DNA of 64,000 bases. Origin: Anthoceros angustus (Eukaryota; Plantae; Anthocerotophyta). Under the pieces are notes generated by a model. It had not been told where the DNA came from and made no database searches. It saw nothing but the letters and a program-made list of their open reading frames with translations. Shown here one piece after another: positions 11,693 through 24,400 of the stretch. Numbering within the stretch: the stretch's first letter is position 1; every line of letters starts with the position of its first letter. Position numbers and translations under genes: made by a program. The stretch spans positions 992,001 to 1,056,000 of the forward strand of contig MU008166.1 in NCBI GenBank assembly GCA_010909165.1, in the 5' to 3' direction.

Positions 11693-14449
11693 GTAACAGG
11701 GACCCATTGTTTCGTGTTTGGCCTCTCTTCTTCGAACTGTGTGTTGTCAAGCCGAGAGTCAATCGTCTATGCACGCACGCCTCCCCAATGTCCCATCCGT
11801 AGAGAGCACCCACGACGGCCAGTGCTGTTACGGACCACCAGTAAACACCTGAAGAGCATGGGGATGGGGATGGGGATGGGGATGGCGAACAACACACTAA
11901 TGGGCTTCAGCTAGCTAAACGGGAATCCCGTTTGTGGGTCGAAATAGGATCGGTGAGACCATCCGGGAGGAACAAGACGGGGAGTATGGTGTACCCATCT
12001 GCCAAACTTTCTGCAGCCTTCCTCTCACAAATGCGTCATATCGTATGTGACCATGTGACCATGTCCATGACATGCCAGATGTTATCAGGGCTGGCATCCG
12101 CGGCCGCAGCTACACCTCCTCGCCGGACACGGTCGAATTGTTCACCTTTCTTCCTGCTTGGTAATGCCGGGATAAGTGTATTTTCCCTTTGATTTTTAAA
12201 TAAGATATGTAATCCACTAAAAAACATTCCCTACCACTTGCTCCTCGCTAGACATGGCAAGAGTCTCATTCAGGTACGAGTCTAACTCCCTCACTCTGAT
12301 GCAAAGTGCAAAGCAATTGAATTGCACAGAGACCTGAGCTGGTCGCCCGCTACTTCACCGTGCTTGTAGGAGGAAAATCATGGGAAATTCCGAATTCAAC
12401 CTCTAGCGCCCACACTTATCCTAATCATTATCGTGAGCATTGGTTTTGGCCCCATGAGATCTCCGATTGTCGATCATGCGAAAATGGGTCATGCTACACA
12501 CTTGCTCACCTCAAACCAACTTTTCCTACAGACAAGGCATCCTCTCACTCTCCCTCAAACAAAGAAACCATACACCCACTCGTGGCCGCCTCCAGGGAAA
12601 AGCTAGTCAACCTCCGACCTACAATGACAACAGATGCTCGTGAGGCCCCCTGCCCCTCCCCACGGGTTGTAGGTAGGCCCACAATGGGCGACCAAGGACC
12701 CCGAATCTCAATCAAGTGGTTACTCACGCCTCACAGCTGCTGTCTCAGCTCCCTCATTGCCACTGGAGCCGACTTTTCAGCATGATTGGGACCCTCCCTT
12801 AGGCTCTACCTTGGGCCTTATGCTACTTTCTGCACCTTTCCTCTTCACCACATCCTCACACACCCACTCCACTCTCTACACACCTACTCCACTACTCCAT
12901 TGTACTCCACAACCTTCTACTCTAACACCACCCTCTGGCTCATTGATTTCGATTTCATTTTGCCTTACGATAATAATGCCTTACGAGGTCCACACCGCCT
13001 AGGGTCCACTCTTCAGAATCAACAAGTTCTTCCTGGGCTGCTGTCTAGTCGGGATTTGCACTGCATACAATGAGAACCTCCAGAGTCTTTTCCCGAGTCT
13101 CACCCTCAAGCCGTAGAGTTTCAGTAGGCATCGGCCACCCACCTAAAAGCTAAAGCAATTTCACAGCAATCATTCACAAGGAGCAATCTCTCACCCCTGC
13201 TGAGGTACTCCGCTGGGAGCGAGCCCTCCGCTAATTTCACCACCGCAAACCCCCCTACCTCTACGTATATTGCGTTAGCTTGTGCTGCTTCAAGACGAAA
13301 TTCCTTCACAAGGAGCAAAGGACTCGCGAGTTTGGGAGCGCAAGATGCGATTCTTTACTTCTCAAACTTGCCCCCTCTTACGGGTAGAGCCCATCACTGC
13401 GTCAAATTTCTTCCCGGCGCTAGACGCCTCAACTGACCCCAAGCTTCCTCTTCTTATTCTAATTGTTATTTATCGGCAAACATTAACTTTTGCTATCACG
13501 TTTGCTAGCTCATTCCTTGCAAATCCTATTATTTTGATGTAGTTCGCCTACCACTTGAGCCTTAATGGTCCCTTTAAAATGTGACTTTTTACCTACTCTA
13601 TGTTCCTACTTACAGTTGTCTCTTGATGAGCATTTAAGCGTTGTCTTTTTACTCTATGGCTACCTCCCCCAAAAGGAAATACCCACTCAAGTGCTTCCAT
13701 GCTCACAAACTATGCTAGGTCGATGGGTTCTTGACTAGACCCCCCTTTGTCTCCCTTGGCAGTTGGTTGCCCTTCCCCAAACAGAATGGACCTTGCCCTC
13801 TTAGCTGCAGGTTCATCTTCTTCATTGGGTCCTTCCCTTCGTCGAGGAGAAAACATGGTAATCCTGTAAGGAGGTTAATATACGAACCCCCTTTCGGTGT
13901 TGCAGAACCCCTTTGACGAAACCTACTCGGTACCTAAAACACGTAAAGCAATCACAGTCTCCTTACAATGGACCATTCTTGGCCCCCTAAGTCATGAACA
14001 ACACAATTGAGGCATACACACAACGACAATAGTAGCGGGCACGGATGAAGCCATGATGGAAGAGGGACGTTTTTAAATGTGCACTTGCAAAATGGCACCG
14101 ATAGACACATGGCATAATGAAGTTTATGTCTGAATCCTAATACATTGGATCCGGTTACTCATGCTATTCGGTCTCAACTGGGCCCCGAATAAGCGTAATC
14201 TAAAACTACAGCTAGGTTTCGACACGCCCTTCTTCACAAAACTGCCATTCTCACCCAAAGCGTTGTCCGTTGTTAACCTCCGCTTGGACGACGACGTGGA
14301 GGTTGCCATATGGTATCCAGCGTTGTCCTCCAACACGCCTGCCTCGGTCTTCATCCTCCGCACTCAAAGAAACAACTTGGGCCTTTGAACAATCCTTTTC
14401 ACTTATACAAACCTCCTTTGCCTGTAAATCGAAGGGCCTGCGATGGGGC

Positions 14450-17142
14450 TCAAGGTAAGCTCTTCTTCAAGATCCGGAGAACCTCGATCCGTGGATGCCT
14501 GGGGATGTATCCAAGACACCGTAAGTCCGCCTGATGGCGATACGCTTCCACATAGCAAGGCTCACTGCTTGTGCCACTTCCCGAGCATGCGCCCACCACC
14601 CGCCTCCTTCTTTTGAGAAGGTCTTGATCAATTTCATCATCGCCCAAGAGGCCTTTGGTATGGGCATACCACCAACTTGTCATGGGACACACCGCTTCTT
14701 TACCACGTTGTCATGTCCTATGACGGACCTCCCATTGTTGAAAGTGCCATGCATGGCATTCGCATCATCGAGCTCGATCCTTTGAACACCCATCTTCAAG
14801 CCCCATCCGATACCACATACTCCATCGCTTCAACCCCTATCATTGCTCATGTTAGTTTTATCCCACACGAAGACACCAGCCACCCTTCTTACACCACCGC
14901 GATCGATTCCGTGACTGTGGGCTTCCTCCACTCCATGCATGACAATCATGCGGAAGTCTTCGAGTTTTCTTGAAAACTGCTGAAAATCAGACTCAACATG
15001 GCATCCATCCGCTTGTCCATAGGCCCAATATCAAAGCCTCCGGGCACATCCATGACTGGTGTACCTCCTCACCAAGGTAGCCCGCATCTAAAATATCTCG
15101 CTTCCACTTGGTAATGAACCTCCTTCTACCAGAACAAGAAAATGTGCAGCCCTTCATGAAGATCAGATCCGCCATTACCGCTCGCCTTCCAAACTCTTCC
15201 AATTATTGATCTCGAAAATGAAATTTTAAAGTCCTCCGCATTTTCTGCAAGTTGTCTATATCCTTCAATTGCTGCAAAGGGCAAAAGAGTATAAGTGCAT
15301 ACACAGCGAATGCAATGCAACAGTATGCACTGTAGATCTCAAAGAGGCGCCGGCCCTCAAGGCCCCTTGAGTTCTATGGAGTGGACAGGCGCCGGCCGGG
15401 CCGGCCTTCAAGGCAAGTCCGGTCCCCACATCACATGTGGAAGTGGCCTCGCCACCGCCACCGCAAGAACGTTAGGTTTGTAATGCATACATATGAGAGA
15501 AGAAACGATGGGTAGTATGGCACACCTTCCCAAACGCCGTCTGAACCGAGCTATCATTTCACGAATGCAAAGGATATTCCACCTAACCTCTTCGAATGAT
15601 GAGCAGCCCAAGTGTTTACCATAGCCACTTGTATAACATGAAACTTCTTCCGTAAGGTAATCTCATCATCCATTTTAGGTCGATAATACAACACCTTCTG
15701 TACTGATGAGTATCCGACCGCACTCTCCAGGAACTTTGAACGATTTCCACGTTTTATAGCATATCCTTCTTAAATAAAAGGTCAACAACCTGAGCCTCCT
15801 CTTGTACCTTGCCTTTCTTCTTACTTGTTCCAGAACATGTTTTTCCGCAATTCAATTCTCCCATTTTGAAAATATTCGATCCACGTTGTCCCAAACCTTC
15901 CCTCCTGCTTGGCAATGCATAAGATGTGGGTCCGATTGTCCACCTTATTCCGCTTGTAAACATCGCCTTCCCGACCTCCGCGTCCTCAATCAAGCCCAAT
16001 ACAGATAGGTTGAATTTCCAATTCATGGTCATCCGACATCATCTCGCCTCGCAATAAATTCGCCCTCAAGTACCGACCGCTCAATGAAGGACATCTTCTT
16101 CCTTTGTTCGACATCGACAGTGGTGCTGGTACTGATTTCCGCCACCGTCACAATATACATGAGCTTCCACATATTGGAAGCGTGTTTTCCCCGGAGATAT
16201 ATCTCGCCAAATGTTTCATGGTCGCAAAGGTATGGTTCCCACCAAGAACGCCATAACATATTTCTTCGCTCGAACCTTTCCATCCAACTTGCGAGGTTGT
16301 CACACCTGCCGGGTCGATCATGCAAAGGAGAGGCAACACGCCTCCTCCTCAATCCTTCCTTCGATATTACACGAGCCAAATAATTTGCCCATGCCTCGCC
16401 CACTCTCCTTATCACAAGATCCGTGTAATATGGGATGCTGGTTTCAAATTCTCCAACTTCACTACTGCTTCGAACCACCTTCTTGGAGTAAGCCGAGTCC
16501 CGACTGTCAACGGGTCTCAGATCTTGATAGCATCCTCCACCTTTCCTCGTCTGTAAGAACATGAACAAGGGCAATGTTTTCCTGATGGTCCCCTTTTCCT
16601 TTATCCCTCTTCGACTTCTTCTTCCCACTCACCTACTACTACATCGCCACCGTCGTCGCTAGCAGAAAGACATCCGTAGAGCCGCTTTCGCTTTTCCACC
16701 GCTCCAACACATTGCCCCTGCTCCTCTTCCCTGGAGCGCCCGGCCGGGCGCCTCCTCCTCCTCCACAGTGGCGAGAGGGGGGCGCCCGGCGCCCTAGTCC
16801 ATCTCCACCCAACGGAATCGACAAACCAGCGTTTGGGGTCAGTCTTCCCCATCCGCCAGGGGGCGCGGCGGCGCGATTGTCATCCGTGATCGCGACGGTA
16901 GGAACACGTGAAGCCCCAATGTCTGCAAAGTTGAGGATGTCATCTTCATCCCTATCCTCATCTTGGTCACCTGACCCCTCTCCATCTGAAAGACCTAGCA
17001 CATCTGGGATCGGTCCATCCTCCTCGTCGGATGGTCCCAGTTCACTATCTGCATCCTGGTGCACAGGGCTATCTGCATCATCCTCATTTCTTTTTAGCTG
17101 GTCTCTCGCTCTCCTCATGGACAATACGCGCCTGTGTGCCAT
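14450..17142 (-). pseudogene. ParB/Srx-like + beta-class N4C/N6A DNA methyltransferase fusion gene, paralogue 1 (frameshifted as assembled; intron ~15272-15490)
   Basis: Motifs across frames, in order: GEAWANYLARVISK..PL.MIDP, then VLGGNHTFATMKHL (16230-16243; ParB-like), VMDVPGGFDIGPMDK (15042; motif IV position), FVWDKTN, MEYVV, MHGTFNNGRSVIGH, PYQRPLG, MMKLIKTFSKEG, ACSGSGT (~14570-14592; SAM-binding motif I). Confidence 0.75.
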
Positions 17143-17559
17143 AATAGTCTCCGACACCTTTCCACAAACACCATAAATTTTGAAGGGGGGGAATATACAA
17201 ACTTCCTTACAGGAAAAAATAACCCCTTTGACGGAAAAGGCACCATCCTCAAATTGCGGAAAATGGCTGGTTTGAGAATACAGACACCATCCGTATATAC
17301 AAACCCATAGCGGAACACCAAACTGAACAGGACATCCTCTACACGAACCCCACATGCTGCCGGCCGGCCGGCGCCATTGCGGATTGCAAACAAAGCACAT
17401 CGTAACATCAAAATTTCAGAAAAGTCACATCGTGAAATTTAAAAGGGTTCGGAAACATCCGGAACATGCAGGTGTTCTCATACTGGCAAAGCTAAACACC
17501 TACTCCATAAGCTGCAGGAGATTTGCTGTCGGTGTCTCGATGTTCTATCGTGAGGGCTT

Positions 17560-20135
17560 ACATGTGAGTCGACCATTTCATCCACCGCAACTGAATCTAC
17601 AACAAGTGCCAAATTACGCAAGCGCTCCATCTCCTGTGCGTCAAAGCTATCATTCTCATCTAAAGCCACACAGCAACGCAACTAGTGTCGTAGTCCCACT
17701 GCCTGAGCATGCATCAATAACCGAGTCTCCCTCCTTGGAGAATGTCCTCACGAGTTTCATCATAAGACCCAATGGTCTCTGGTATGGGCACACTACCAAC
17801 TTGTCATGAGACAGGTAAACCTATTTCTTTGACGGTAGGGTGTCCAATAACGGATCTTCCATTGTTGAAGGTCCCGTGCATCACATTGGGCATCATGGCA
17901 GCCCTGTCCTTCGCACATCCATCTTTCACACCCCATCCAACTGTAACGTATTCCACAGTCTCAAATCCTCCTCATCGTTGTTCATGTTAGTCTTATCCCA
18001 AATGAATGACACCAAGCCGCCTTTGGCACACCACTTCGCATAGCCTCCCTTACCGTATGGGCTTCTTCAACACCATGCATGATAATTCGAAGTCGTCATT
18101 TTCCGTTTTCTCCGAAACTTTGAAACACACCCCATCATTGGATAAATCCATTCGTTTGTCCATTGGCCCGATGTCAAATCCACGGGAACATCCATGACTA
18201 GAAGGGTGTATTTCCTTCCCTCAAAACCCACGCATGTCCGAGCGTTGCGGCTTCCACCATCGACTGTTTCTCGACGGAACATTGAATATCATGGAGTCCT
18301 TCTTCCAAGTCCTTGTCCAAAGCCCGCTGCTCATTCTCTAAGCCCTTCCAATTATTGATCTCGAAAATGAAATGCGGAAGTCGTCGCGCTTTGTCAAGAC
18401 CTCCACGTCCTTGATTCTGCCAAAAACAACTTAGAATCGCTCAAGCACACAACGCTATGCGTGGATGGCGGCCGGCCGGCGCCCCCTGATCAGCGTGGAG
18501 TGCGGGAGGCGCCGGCCGGCCGCCCTCACCTGCGAGCGAGGCGAGCGCCGGCCGGCCCCAGTGATCCATGGTGGGGCGCCGGTGGCCCTGAAATGAACAT
18601 GGAAAGAAGGTGCGGGAAAATGGCTTACCTTTCCGCAAATGCCGTTTGGAATCGCGAGCATTTCATCGAGTCTTTGGGGATACTCTGCCGAACCTCTTCA
18701 AAGAGAGCAACCAAGGTGTTTGCCATCGCCACTTGAATAATATGGAATTTCTTCGAAGAGATATATCGTCATCCATTCCTTTCGGTCAATGAGACACAAC
18801 ACTTTCTGTGCGGTGATAAGTATGTCTGCCCACACTCCCATTGGAATCCCTTGAAATGATTTCCAAGGCTTTGCAAGCATATCTTTTGGCTTCACATACG
18901 AGTCTATTTTGTTGGCCTCCTCGGTACTTTCCTTCACCTTGCTTGCTTGTCTTGCTATCACATGCTTCTTCTCCCAACTCCGCTTCCCACTTGGTAAAAA
19001 TCTTGTCTACATTTTCCCATACCCTACCCTCTTGTTTCGCATGCATAAAATATGGGTCTGTTGTCAACCTTGTTACATTTATAAACATCATCTTCGTGCT
19101 TCATCATCCTCAATAAGCCCCAACACCTTATACAAGTTGAATTTCCATGTCATGGTCATCGCACGACATCCGTTTCGCAATAATCAATTCATCACAAATA
19201 CCTCACCGCTCTATAAAATTCATCTTGCGCCGGACATAGTATTATGGTCGTGGCGGACTCGCATCTCTGTACGTTGAGACCACAGTACATGAGCCTCCAC
19301 ATATATTGAAACCGCTTTTGCGGAGATGTCGCAAGATGCTTCATTGCCGCATAAGTGTGGTTTCCTCCTACTCCCATGACATATTTTTGGCCGAATCTAC
19401 GCATCTAGCTTTTCCATGTCATCACACTCCGGATCAATCATACATAATAAAGGCCCTCTTCAATCCTCCTTTTTGATATAACACGCGCCAAATAATTGGC
19501 CCATGCTTCATCCACCCCGTGTCATGCATCGGTGTAGTGCGATGCGGTCGAAGGTTCTCCAATTTCACCAACTGTTTAATACTACCTTCTTCATATCTTC
19601 TCGACCGTGTCGGTCTTCATCCGGATAGCTTCGCAATCCTCTCCGATCTGTTGTCACATGAGCGGTGGGAATGTCACCCACATTTTCCACCCTCTGCGGT
19701 TGCCTTTCCTCTTTGCTTTTGCCTTAGGATGGTCCTCTCGTCATTCCTTCTTCTCCCATCTCCTTCAAAAAGCCTTCCTTTTCCCTTAGGTCCCTCCCTC
19801 CCAGGTCCTTGTTGTATCATGAGAGGCGGCGCCGGCCGGGCCCTCTCCTTCCCCGCCTTGGTGGGTGTGCCCGGCCTCACCCTTGGCTGCGAGCGCCGGG
19901 TGGCCGGGCGCCCCTCTACCTCTCCAGCCGATCAGCAACCCGGGTTTCATAAGGCATGAAAACCCCGCATCCTGTCCTCCTGCGCGTCCGAATTTTCTTC
20001 ATCGGTGTCCGGATATCGTGTCGGGCCATAGTCTTCATCCTCGGGCCAAATTGCCCTCCTCGTTCTCATTGTCCTTCTCTTCCTCCTCATCACGCACTCG
20101 GCTCTTGCGCCACGCATGACCCTCTGTCTTTGCAT
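17560..20135 (-). pseudogene. ParB/Srx-like + beta-class N4C/N6A DNA methyltransferase fusion gene, paralogue 2 (frameshifted as assembled; intron ~18418-18628)
   Basis: DEAWANYLARVISK..LLCMIDP; GVGGNHTYAAMKHL (19354-19368); KYTLLVMDVPxGFDIGPMDK (18184); FIWDKTN; VEYVTVGW; then in one frame PYQRPLGLMMKLVRTFSKEGDSVIDACSGSGTTTLV (~17680-17790), followed by RCCVALDEND..RL. Confidence 0.8.
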
Positions 20136-20178
20136 TGTTTGTGTGATTTCCGCACACGTCCGATGAATGCATTCCCCA

Positions 20179-21192
20179 TCACGAGCCTGCAATGAACAAT
20201 GCTCCTTTGTTAGAAGGCGGCGGAAAGCATAAAAAACGAAATAGGGTAAGGTTTGCGAATACCGATTGCTCCCGCCTGCATTCCCGAAACAGCTGCAAAA
20301 GCCTGGCAGGTTCGCATTTCTTGATAACAAGGTTGTTGAACCTGATTTCGAAAGCTCTGTATAGCTCGGGACCCTGGGGCACCGCATCGAATTCTTGAGG
20401 CCTTGTAATGCACAGTAACTGTGCTACTGGATCCCCATTTGACATGTCCAATGTTGCCCACACTAGCCACCCTGCCCTTGCCGTTGATTGTGCATCCTTG
20501 TAACCCATAATCCACGCGCTTGCAGCGTCAAAACATGCTCGTCTTACGGTTGCGGATCCTGAACAACCATCCAATCCTTGTCCAAGATCTTCACGCATCC
20601 ATCGTGCTCCAGGCCGAATGTAAATGTCTCCTCGGCGAGAAGGAATAGGAGCCACCCTCTTCCCACCCTTCTCCCCTTCTCTCCATGGCCTCCTGATTTT
20701 GTTGTGCTTGCCTTGCCGCCAGCTTCCAGACTTGAGTGCCTCACGCTGGAAGCGCCCGCTGCCGTCAGCTAGCATGTCCTCCCGACGGTCTTCCATCATC
20801 GGCATGCGCCTTCTCGCCACTGTCTTTGCTTTCCTCGCTCGCGTTTTCTTCGTCTTCTGCAGGCTCGGGGATCCGGGTTCGTCGCCCTGATCCTTCTTGC
20901 TTCTTCTTCCCATCGCCATCACCTTCAATTCAATACAAGAGCCATTGATGGGCCTTCCTTCTGCTAATTAGCGTCGCAATTCTACCACAAACACGTCAAT
21001 TGCACATGCAAACTGGAAAGTGAGAACCCAAAGCGAGAAGTTCATCTCCCTCGCCCAATTTCTCGTTGCTGCAATCAAGGGGTTAGAGATGGCGCTCCGC
21101 ATTCGTCTCCTCGAGGCGACCACACCGCGCTCACCGCTCCCTCTTGCACAAAGCTCAATTGCTCGCCGTTTGAGTGACCAGTTGCGCTCCAC
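20179..21192 (-). CDS. Unknown cargo ORF(s) of the element (basic, NLS-like N-terminal part; globular-looking C-terminal part)
   Basis: 249-aa ORF 20179..20928 plus an upstream ORF, co-oriented with and just upstream of MTase paralogue 2. No family recognised. Confidence 0.3.
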
Positions 21193-21499
21193 TCCGGTTT
21201 TGTTTGCCTAAACTTGCTATTTAAGCGCCTTTGTCGTTCACCTTTCCACCTTAATACATTTAGGGTTTGGTTACTCCAACTAGCCGATGGTTCGAACCCG
21301 GTGGAACATTATTAACGCCATCTTGTACATACAACGTCTACCGCTTTTTCCCATTGCGTTGGGTTTAAAAACCAAACATAATGACTTTCCGTTACTTGCC
21401 TCGCAAACATTAGGAACTTAACGACGTTTTCAACAATGGTTTTATATGGTTGGTGGTATATCAAAGCGGCCTCCGGAAGGCTTAGACATTTCCAACCTA

Positions 21500-24400
21500 T
21501 CTAATGTTGAATGAACCTTGCCTTCTTTCATTCCTCCACCGTCCAACCTCGGAAGGCGCCCAACAAAATGCTTCGCCACTCACTGCATAGGCGGCGATGT
21601 CGATCACTGCTTTGTCGAACGCCGTCGTCTTGGATGCGTTGTCGAGGGAGACATGTCCTCATTCCCCGTTTGATTGTGCGGGCATACTGCGGATGGTGAG
21701 GTCAATCCCAATATGAAGAGAACTTCCGTGCAGACGAGGAGAAGCGGACTGAATGCCCGGCGTCGCATGTTCCAAGACATCTCTCCCCACGCACTACGGG
21801 AAGGTGTGCTTTCACATTCTAATGGAGGTTGACTTTGTGAATTTTATCCTCTAAGTAAAGTCTTTGCATACCAGTACGCCGATTCGGAGGCCGACATCGC
21901 CTCGGCCTCCCTACCATTCCGAGGTGCCTGCCACGGACACCAAGAAATCTTAACCGGTATGCCGCCCTGGAGGGATCCCCATGCAAACAACGGTGTGAGC
22001 AAGCAGCTACCGCTAGAAACCGCCACTCCCAAGGTGGGCTCCGAATGCGTAGAGGCAGCTTGTTCATGCGGTGGAGTCCGCACGCACCATCGCAGAAGAA
22101 TGCGGCAATAAATGAGGCGATTTCGAGCACTCCGAGATCGACGCCATCTTATCACCCCAAACCATGAGTGAGACTTTGGTGTCTGCGAAAACTACGAGTG
22201 TCCGGTGCCAAGAGGCGAGCTGCGGGAGTCTCAATGAGGAAATGTGAAGTGGAAAGCATCAACATTGATTTTGAAGGCATGTTGCAATCGGATGTGTCTC
22301 CGCAGTTGACAAAAGAAAGGTTTCGTGAACAACGATATCGCTATTTACGGATGGGGAGGCGGGGCAGAAACATTTTGGAATCCTCATACGGGTTGTGCGA
22401 CAAGAGCTGGGTAACGCAAAAGTTGTTACTCATCTTGGGGCGGATCCTTTGATCTTGCTTGCCTTGAGGAAGAGTGTATTGCCTCGGCCACAGCGATATG
22501 AAGAGTTGAAGAGTAGAGTCATAGAATGCCGTGGGATGCTATGAGGCCGAATCCAAAAAGATCTCACCATGCATTAAGTGCAATAGCCTGGATGGACAAT
22601 GCTTTCCTCAACATGGTGAGAGACTTCCAAATATCGAGGTCTTCAACCTACCGACACATACACAAAACTAGAAATTTGGAGTGAATATAGGCATTGTGAA
22701 CAAAGAGGTCTGATGTGACTCGCTGGTTCTTGAAGCTATGGAAAGGGCACTTCAACAGGTAAAGATTCCAAAGTCTAGATTCTCTACTTGCTCGCTCTGC
22801 TGGATTGAAAACAACTATACGAAATACAATCTCAAAGGTTGATCAAGGTAAGTTACATTCTTTTCCTTATGTTTTCCATCGAGGGTGGTTGACCGTAGGC
22901 CAAACCCTCAATGGCGATTTGTATAGTATGTGTCAATATGCCCCCCGCTTCGGTGGGTCGGTGGGCGGTGGCCGGCGCCCACCATCTCACCATGTCCTTA
23001 GGATTATGTGTGGGTTCCCACAGTCATGGGCCGGGCCCCGTTCTAACCATGCATGTGCCTATCACATTGCTTGGGCCCGCCATGCAAGGCTATTACCATG
23101 TCGACCTTGCGAATGAGGTCGGTCTCGGCGCCGGTGGCGGCGCCCCACCGGCGCCTCCTTCCGCTTGAATGCGACAAATATGTTCCGCCCATTATATCCT
23201 TTGTTGTCGATCATGGGGGCGAGGTGGGGGTGAGGAAGGAGAAGTTGCGGTGTCCATGACATACATCCATGTGATGCTTACAACGTTGATTCTTGGACAT
23301 CATACTATGTTTTTATCTTGTAAGTTGTCAACTTTAAAGGGACTCAAAAACTATGTTGTGAATATGTTATATGCGCATCAAGCGACCTTTGGTGAAGATG
23401 ACAAAACACCGGAGCAAGAGTTATGTTGAACCACATAAGTATATGTTACTATGTATCGATGGCATGGACGAAGAAGAGAGATACCGCACATGTTGAGGTG
23501 GCCAAAAACCTAGGCGAAATGCATTTCCGTTCACGTGGTGCATGATCCACAACTACACCCACAAAGCCACGGCGTTTTTCGCCAACCTCGATGCCAATTT
23601 GACTATCGCGTCATTCAAGATGTCATCCACAACTATGATGGTGTGCTGCCCAAAGTTTTGTATTTGCAACTTGACAATACATGTCGGGAGAACAAGAATC
23701 AGCTATTATTTGCATATGAACATGCTCGTTGATATGGGCACGTTCGAAAAAGTGAAGGTGGGATTCCTTTGGTTGGTCACACTCATGATCAAATAGACGG
23801 ATGTTTTCGCTTCCAAAAGCCTTAAACACAAAGAAGCGCAGCGCTACCCGTGACACACATTGAGGCCTATACTCCCTCTCCGGTGAAGGTTACAGTGGAG
23901 GTTCAGTTCCGGACATATATGGCCAATCTGGGCGAGGAGGTGAAGTATGCGCAGCGGTGAAAAGTTGAATAATCATCATACCGGCACGTTCAAAATTACA
24001 GCGAGGACAAACGGCGCGGCAGTCACGATCATCGAGCAAAGCGGTATTCAACATCTCGCTTTGGGAAGCGGAGGCGAGTTTGGAGTTCTTAAATTTCGTT
24101 CCGATGCCATATGCGCCTTTGATGTCCTTACGTGCGGGATAAAAAGGAACATGAGAACCACTGTGGTGTGGCTCATTTGAAGGATGGGTTTGGAATGCGA
24201 CCTTATGTAGTAGAGTACAAGTGGTGGGAAGAATGCAGGTGACGACGAGATTGTTGTTGGAAAACCACATCGGCCTTGTTACGGACCGTCCTTGGAAATG
24301 GTTCTCCGTCTTTGAGGAGGAAGAGCAGCCTTCATGTACGATGAAGCTTTGCTAGAAGAAGCATTGTTGAGGAGCTTCCCCAGCGAGATATGTCAGGGCA

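Noticed and set aside
11544-11897. N-terminal 118 aa of the 1640-aa ORF call
   Set aside because: Non-ATG start, a (GGGGAT)n microsatellite and a tandem repeat; more likely 5' UTR or promoter.
12230-13557. 11-bp direct repeat cctaccacttg as TSD of a 1.3-kb insert
   Set aside because: No TIR, LTR ends or poly-A in the enclosed DNA; compatible with chance.
5978-13577. TTAA|AGGGACCAT ... ATGGTCCCT|TTAA inverted match bracketing the PPR gene (Kolobok-like ends)
   Set aside because: Only 13 bp including TTAA, with no extension. Matches of this length are expected by chance in 64 kb.
14713-14754. HGT...RS read as a TET/JBP 2OG-Fe(II) dioxygenase motif
   Set aside because: The flanking WDK, QRP and DACSGSGT motifs place it inside a beta-class methyltransferase, and no HxD motif was found.
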